NCBI GenBank assembly: GCA_050013255.1
Contig: JBEKFP010000001.1
Coordinates: 608,001-672,000, forward strand
DNA length: 64,000 bases
DNA from: Candidatus Bathyarchaeia archaeon
GTDB lineage: Archaea > Thermoproteota > Bathyarchaeia > 40CM-2-53-6
Reading direction: 5' to 3'
The stretch's first letter is position 1, and every line of letters starts with the position of its first letter. The notes below the pieces were generated by a model, which did no database searches, was not told the DNA's origin, and saw only the letters and a program-made list of their open reading frames with translations. Positions 60,996 to 64,000 of the stretch are shown in pieces. The position numbers and the translations under genes are program-made.

Positions 60996-61337
60996 ATGCC
61001 CAGGATCAAAACTCGGAGTTCACGAACCGTTCAATTGTATTCTGAACGGCACATCAACAATGAACGGGACCTCCTAGACTTCATAGAAGCGCTGGACGAG
61101 GATGAAGGGGTTAGAATCGAAGGAAACATCAAGAACCATGAAAACGGCGGCTTCGTATTCGTCGGAACCTACAGGGGCAGCTACTGCGTCAACATATGCG
61201 ACAAGGTGTGGGCCCCAAAGCTGAGACAGTACGTACCCGGCGGAAGAGATGAGTGGTACTACTTCGACAAGGGCAAAGAAGCATTCCGCTTCGTCTTGAA
61301 AGAAGCAAAAAGGCCCCTACGAGCTTGGCTATACTAG
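60996..61337 (+). CDS. Hypothetical protein
   Basis: Protein-like composition; TATA-like TATTAA at 60967-60972. Confidence 0.65.
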   Translation: MPRIKTRSSRTVQLYSERHINNERDLLDFIEALDEDEGVRIEGNIKNHENGGFVFVGTYRGSYCVNICDKVWAPKLRQYVPGGRDEWYYFDKGKEAFRFVLKEAKRPLRAWLY

Positions 61338-61462
61338 TGCGGGAAGAGTTCCCGCGCTCATGGCGGACATACAATGGCTTGCTGCAAAGGCATCGGCCAT
61401 TAGGCTTCGCCCAGCATTCTCAACGCAAACGAACAATATTTTCTTGTTTTTGACGTCGGATT

Positions 61463-62281
61463 TCATGTTTCCTTCACCTTAATGCTGCTTCCTTGCTCTG
61501 AGGTCTTCCCGTATCTGTGGGCAGTGATCTCTGCCATTATGCTGAGGGCTATTTCGGCAGGCGTTCGGGCTCCTATGTCCAGACCTATGGGCGCCTTGAC
61601 TCTTGCCAGTAGCTCGTTTGATACGCCCTGCTGTTTCAGGTGAGAGAAGGTCGCTGCGACCTTTTCTTTGCTTCCTATCATGCCAATATATCCCGGAAGC
61701 AATTTCTTTGAGAGGCATTCCTTCAAGACAACCTCGTCATGCTGATGCCCACGAGTGACCATGACAACGCAGTCTTCCGCATGAAAATCCATTGACTTGG
61801 CCGCTCCAACGAAATCGCCCAACTTCACCTCATCAGCTAGAGGAAAACGCTTCCTGTCGGCGAAATCCTCTCGATCGTCAACAACGATTACAGCGAAATC
61901 AAGTGCCTTAGCGAACTCGACAAGAGGAACAGCAATATGTCCTCCGCCGAAAACATACATTGTCGAGGTACCCAAGATTGGTTCCACAAAGACCTTCACC
62001 TTCCCACCGCAAAGTACACCAATGCCATCAGCGCTTTGATCATCAAGCGTTAACTCCAGCAACCTTGGCGTCCTATCATGTAGGCACCGCAAACCTTCTT
62101 CTCGAATCTTCGCTTCAAGCAATCCCCCTCCAACCGTGCCCAGGATCGTGCCGTCAGCATAGACGAGCATACGGAACCCGGTCTTCCCCGGAGCCCCTCT
62201 TTCACCACCCACCACTGTTGCAAGAGAAGCTTTGGAACGTTCTCGCCTTATCCGTGCAATCTCTTCGAAAATATCAGGCAC
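61463..62281 (-). CDS. xdhC: XdhC/CoxF molybdoenzyme maturation factor
   Basis: GTVGGG..E, CGG, FGGGH, TRGH..D, GMIGS, PIGLDIGA.TP.EIA. Confidence 0.92.
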   Translation of the reverse strand: MPDIFEEIARIRRERSKASLATVVGGERGAPGKTGFRMLVYADGTILGTVGGGLLEAKIREEGLRCLHDRTPRLLELTLDDQSADGIGVLCGGKVKVFVEPILGTSTMYVFGGGHIAVPLVEFAKALDFAVIVVDDREDFADRKRFPLADEVKLGDFVGAAKSMDFHAEDCVVMVTRGHQHDEVVLKECLSKKLLPGYIGMIGSKEKVAATFSHLKQQGVSNELLARVKAPIGLDIGARTPAEIALSIMAEITAHRYGKTSEQGSSIKVKET

Positions 62282-62300
62282 TTTGACCCATCAACTTCAG

Positions 62301-62726
62301 TCATGGTTCGCTCTCAATGGTTGGTTCGATTAGGACTGGTGGCTTTATCGAATTTGCAATCAAGCTGTACTTGCGAGCCCAATCAAGCGCCTTTCCCACT
62401 CGCTCAACGGATTCTGTCTTGACTTTAATTTTGGGTTTGAGAATGGTCTGGGTGAATGTGGAAGTCCGGTCTAGCAGATCCACTACGTGGCCTTCAGCTT
62501 CGCATTCATAAGAAACGAGTTGAATCTTCAACCGTTCAGCAGCCCAGATGAACATCATGTGAAAGCATGTGTTCAATGCCGCGACGTAAGCATCTTCGGG
62601 CGTCATGACTCCATAACGACCTTGAAGGGCTGGAGGTGCAGAGAAGCTCATGTTTGTGCCATTGCCGCAAGCTAGCTCTCCGTCGTGGCCTCCTGTCCAG
62701 ACTACCTTCGTTTTGTATACTGGCAA
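62301..62726 (-). CDS. OsmC/Ohr family protein lacking the second conserved Cys
   Basis: TPED...AL.TC; YSLIANSI where YC.I.NS is usual. Confidence 0.8.
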   Translation of the reverse strand: MPVYKTKVVWTGGHDGELACGNGTNMSFSAPPALQGRYGVMTPEDAYVAALNTCFHMMFIWAAERLKIQLVSYECEAEGHVVDLLDRTSTFTQTILKPKIKVKTESVERVGKALDWARKYSLIANSIKPPVLIEPTIESEP

Positions 62727-62730
62727 CCAT

Positions 62731-63147
62731 CTACACCCAGTGTCTTAGAACTTCGTCGACTTCTTCAGCGATCCTGTCAGCAACTTTTCGTGTAACCGTT
62801 AGGGTCTCATCGTTCAGTTTGCGACGAGTACCGAGCCTTGGACACTGCCAGTTCTTCAATATGTCAGTGACGACGATTGATGACGCCGGTTTTCCACTGT
62901 AGCGCTCCGTAGCGGTCTTGGCGCACATCCTGTCGCATCCGTCAACCGTAATTGTTGGGTAGTCTCGTGCGAAGTCTCTCTCTTCTCTACCTCCTGCGAG
63001 GAACAATGGAAGACAGATCGTCACAGTTTCATTTGGTTTCAGCTTTCCTAAGACTAAGCGTGTAGCTACTCGTGACATTGTACCTTCAACGCACTCTTCT
63101 CCGCTGCAGGATATGATGCCAACTTTCTTCTCTTGCACTTCAACCAT
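62731..63147 (-). CDS. DGC domain putative zinc-binding protein
   Basis: CSG, TICL, VDGCDRMCA. Confidence 0.85.
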   Translation of the reverse strand: MVEVQEKKVGIISCSGEECVEGTMSRVATRLVLGKLKPNETVTICLPLFLAGGREERDFARDYPTITVDGCDRMCAKTATERYSGKPASSIVVTDILKNWQCPRLGTRRKLNDETLTVTRKVADRIAEEVDEVLRHWV

Positions 63148-63566
63148 TATTGTCCCACCACCAAGTTGTCCACCTGTTTGGCAATTTTCTCAGCAAGCGC
63201 CAACGCCATCTGCTGACCGTCGGGATCGAGGAAGGTAACACCTCTCGGTTTCAGATGCCTGTTTTCCTTGTAAACGTCAACCACTCGGACACTTCCGGCT
63301 AGATCACCGCCAGCGAGCTTGACGTTTTTCTCAGCGCACTGAAGTGGGCATCCGTCAACCGTAATGCACTTGTGGTTACGCACAAGCTGCAGAGATTCCT
63401 CGTCCCCACTCACAAGCAATGCGAGACATAGGGTCTGCGTGCCGTCTCTGCGAAGGTTTTCAGTGACCTCGTAAGTTGCGTCTCGGGCTATGCTTCCGAA
63501 TGCCTTACCGATTCCGCTGCATGGTATTACAATCACTTTCTTCTGATTTGGACTGTCCATTTTCAT
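63147..63566 (-). CDS. DGC domain putative zinc-binding protein
   Basis: PCSG, TLCL, VDGCPLQCA. Confidence 0.85.
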   Translation of the reverse strand: MKMDSPNQKKVIVIPCSGIGKAFGSIARDATYEVTENLRRDGTQTLCLALLVSGDEESLQLVRNHKCITVDGCPLQCAEKNVKLAGGDLAGSVRVVDVYKENRHLKPRGVTFLDPDGQQMALALAEKIAKQVDNLVVGQ

Positions 63567-64000
63567 CTGGACTCCAGTTTGTCATGTCCGCTTTGCAGCT
63601 TTTCGAGCATCAACTTGTAATAATCGTCGGCACTCAACAGTGATGTACGGTCATCATCGAGGTTGCGTGGGGCGATGACAACCAGCCAGCCCTCTCCATA
63701 AGGATCGGAATTAACCAGCTCAGGCTTTCCAATGAGCTTGCTGTTCGTATCCTCAAGTTCTCCTGACATTGGGGAGAGTAATGCTACAGTCGTTTTTGCG
63801 CTCTCCATGGTCCCAAGCTCTTGGCCTTTCTCAACTGTCGAACCTGGTTTTGCTACTTCAACAAATGCTACATCGCCCGATGTCTTCTGAAGGTAGTCGC
63901 TCACTCCAACCTTCGCTTTGCCATTCTCGACACTGACCCAGAGGTCATCTTTTGTGTAGTAGAACCCTTTGCGCACCCGCAGCTCGAACTTGTCGTAGGT
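63563..64000 (-). CDS. gcvH: Glycine cleavage H-like lipoyl carrier, 5'-partial
   Basis: GVSDY, ESAK lipoyl-Lys, SP.SG, N.DPYGEGW; frame open to the window end. Confidence 0.88.
   Translation of the reverse strand, partial: TYDKFELRVRKGFYYTKDDLWVSVENGKAKVGVSDYLQKTSGDVAFVEVAKPGSTVEKGQELGTMESAKTTVALLSPMSGELEDTNSKLIGKPELVNSDPYGEGWLVVIAPRNLDDDRTSLLSADDYYKLMLEKLQSGHDKLESR

Noticed and set aside
60650-61009. 119-aa minus-strand ORF across the MITE
   Set aside because: No recognisable motif; it crosses the element boundary and overlaps the + strand gene and its promoter
1-64000. Numerous antisense and alternate-frame ORFs in the track (e.g. 33495-34061, 36437-36913, 50824-51339)
   Set aside because: Shadows of well-supported genes on the other strand or frame

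Overview
Archaeal chromosomal window of about 50% GC. Alba, Sec61beta, ZPR1, KaiC/RAD55-like proteins, PGF/PEF-type sorting tails and TATA promoters support an archaeon; a Bathyarchaeia/TACK-type host is an inference. It has about 80 CDSs: a 2-oxoacid dehydrogenase/lipoate cluster (lipA, E1a, E1b, E2, permease, lpdA, NUDIX-like, lipB), molybdenum cofactor genes (mocA-like, moaA, MOSC, xdhC, sulfite-oxidase-family enzyme), F420-dependent enzymes, three toxin-antitoxin pairs and many accessory membrane or secreted proteins. I found no rRNA, intact tRNA, CRISPR array, integrase or transposase. The main signals outside the ORF track are: (1) a 356-bp MITE-like element (60604-60959) with IS6-like ends and an 8-bp target duplication, whose interior folds into a dense multi-helix RNA with a kissing loop; (2) degenerate repeats with exact tRNA position 52-76 spacing bracketing a phosphoesterase island; (3) several small insertions bracketed by duplications of gene 3' ends (68, 29, 21 and 12 bp); (4) a tightly coupled GcvH-like/DGC/DGC/OsmC/XdhC operon that may be a lipoyl-relay redox system. 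All function calls come from motif recognition; no database searches or folding programs were run.
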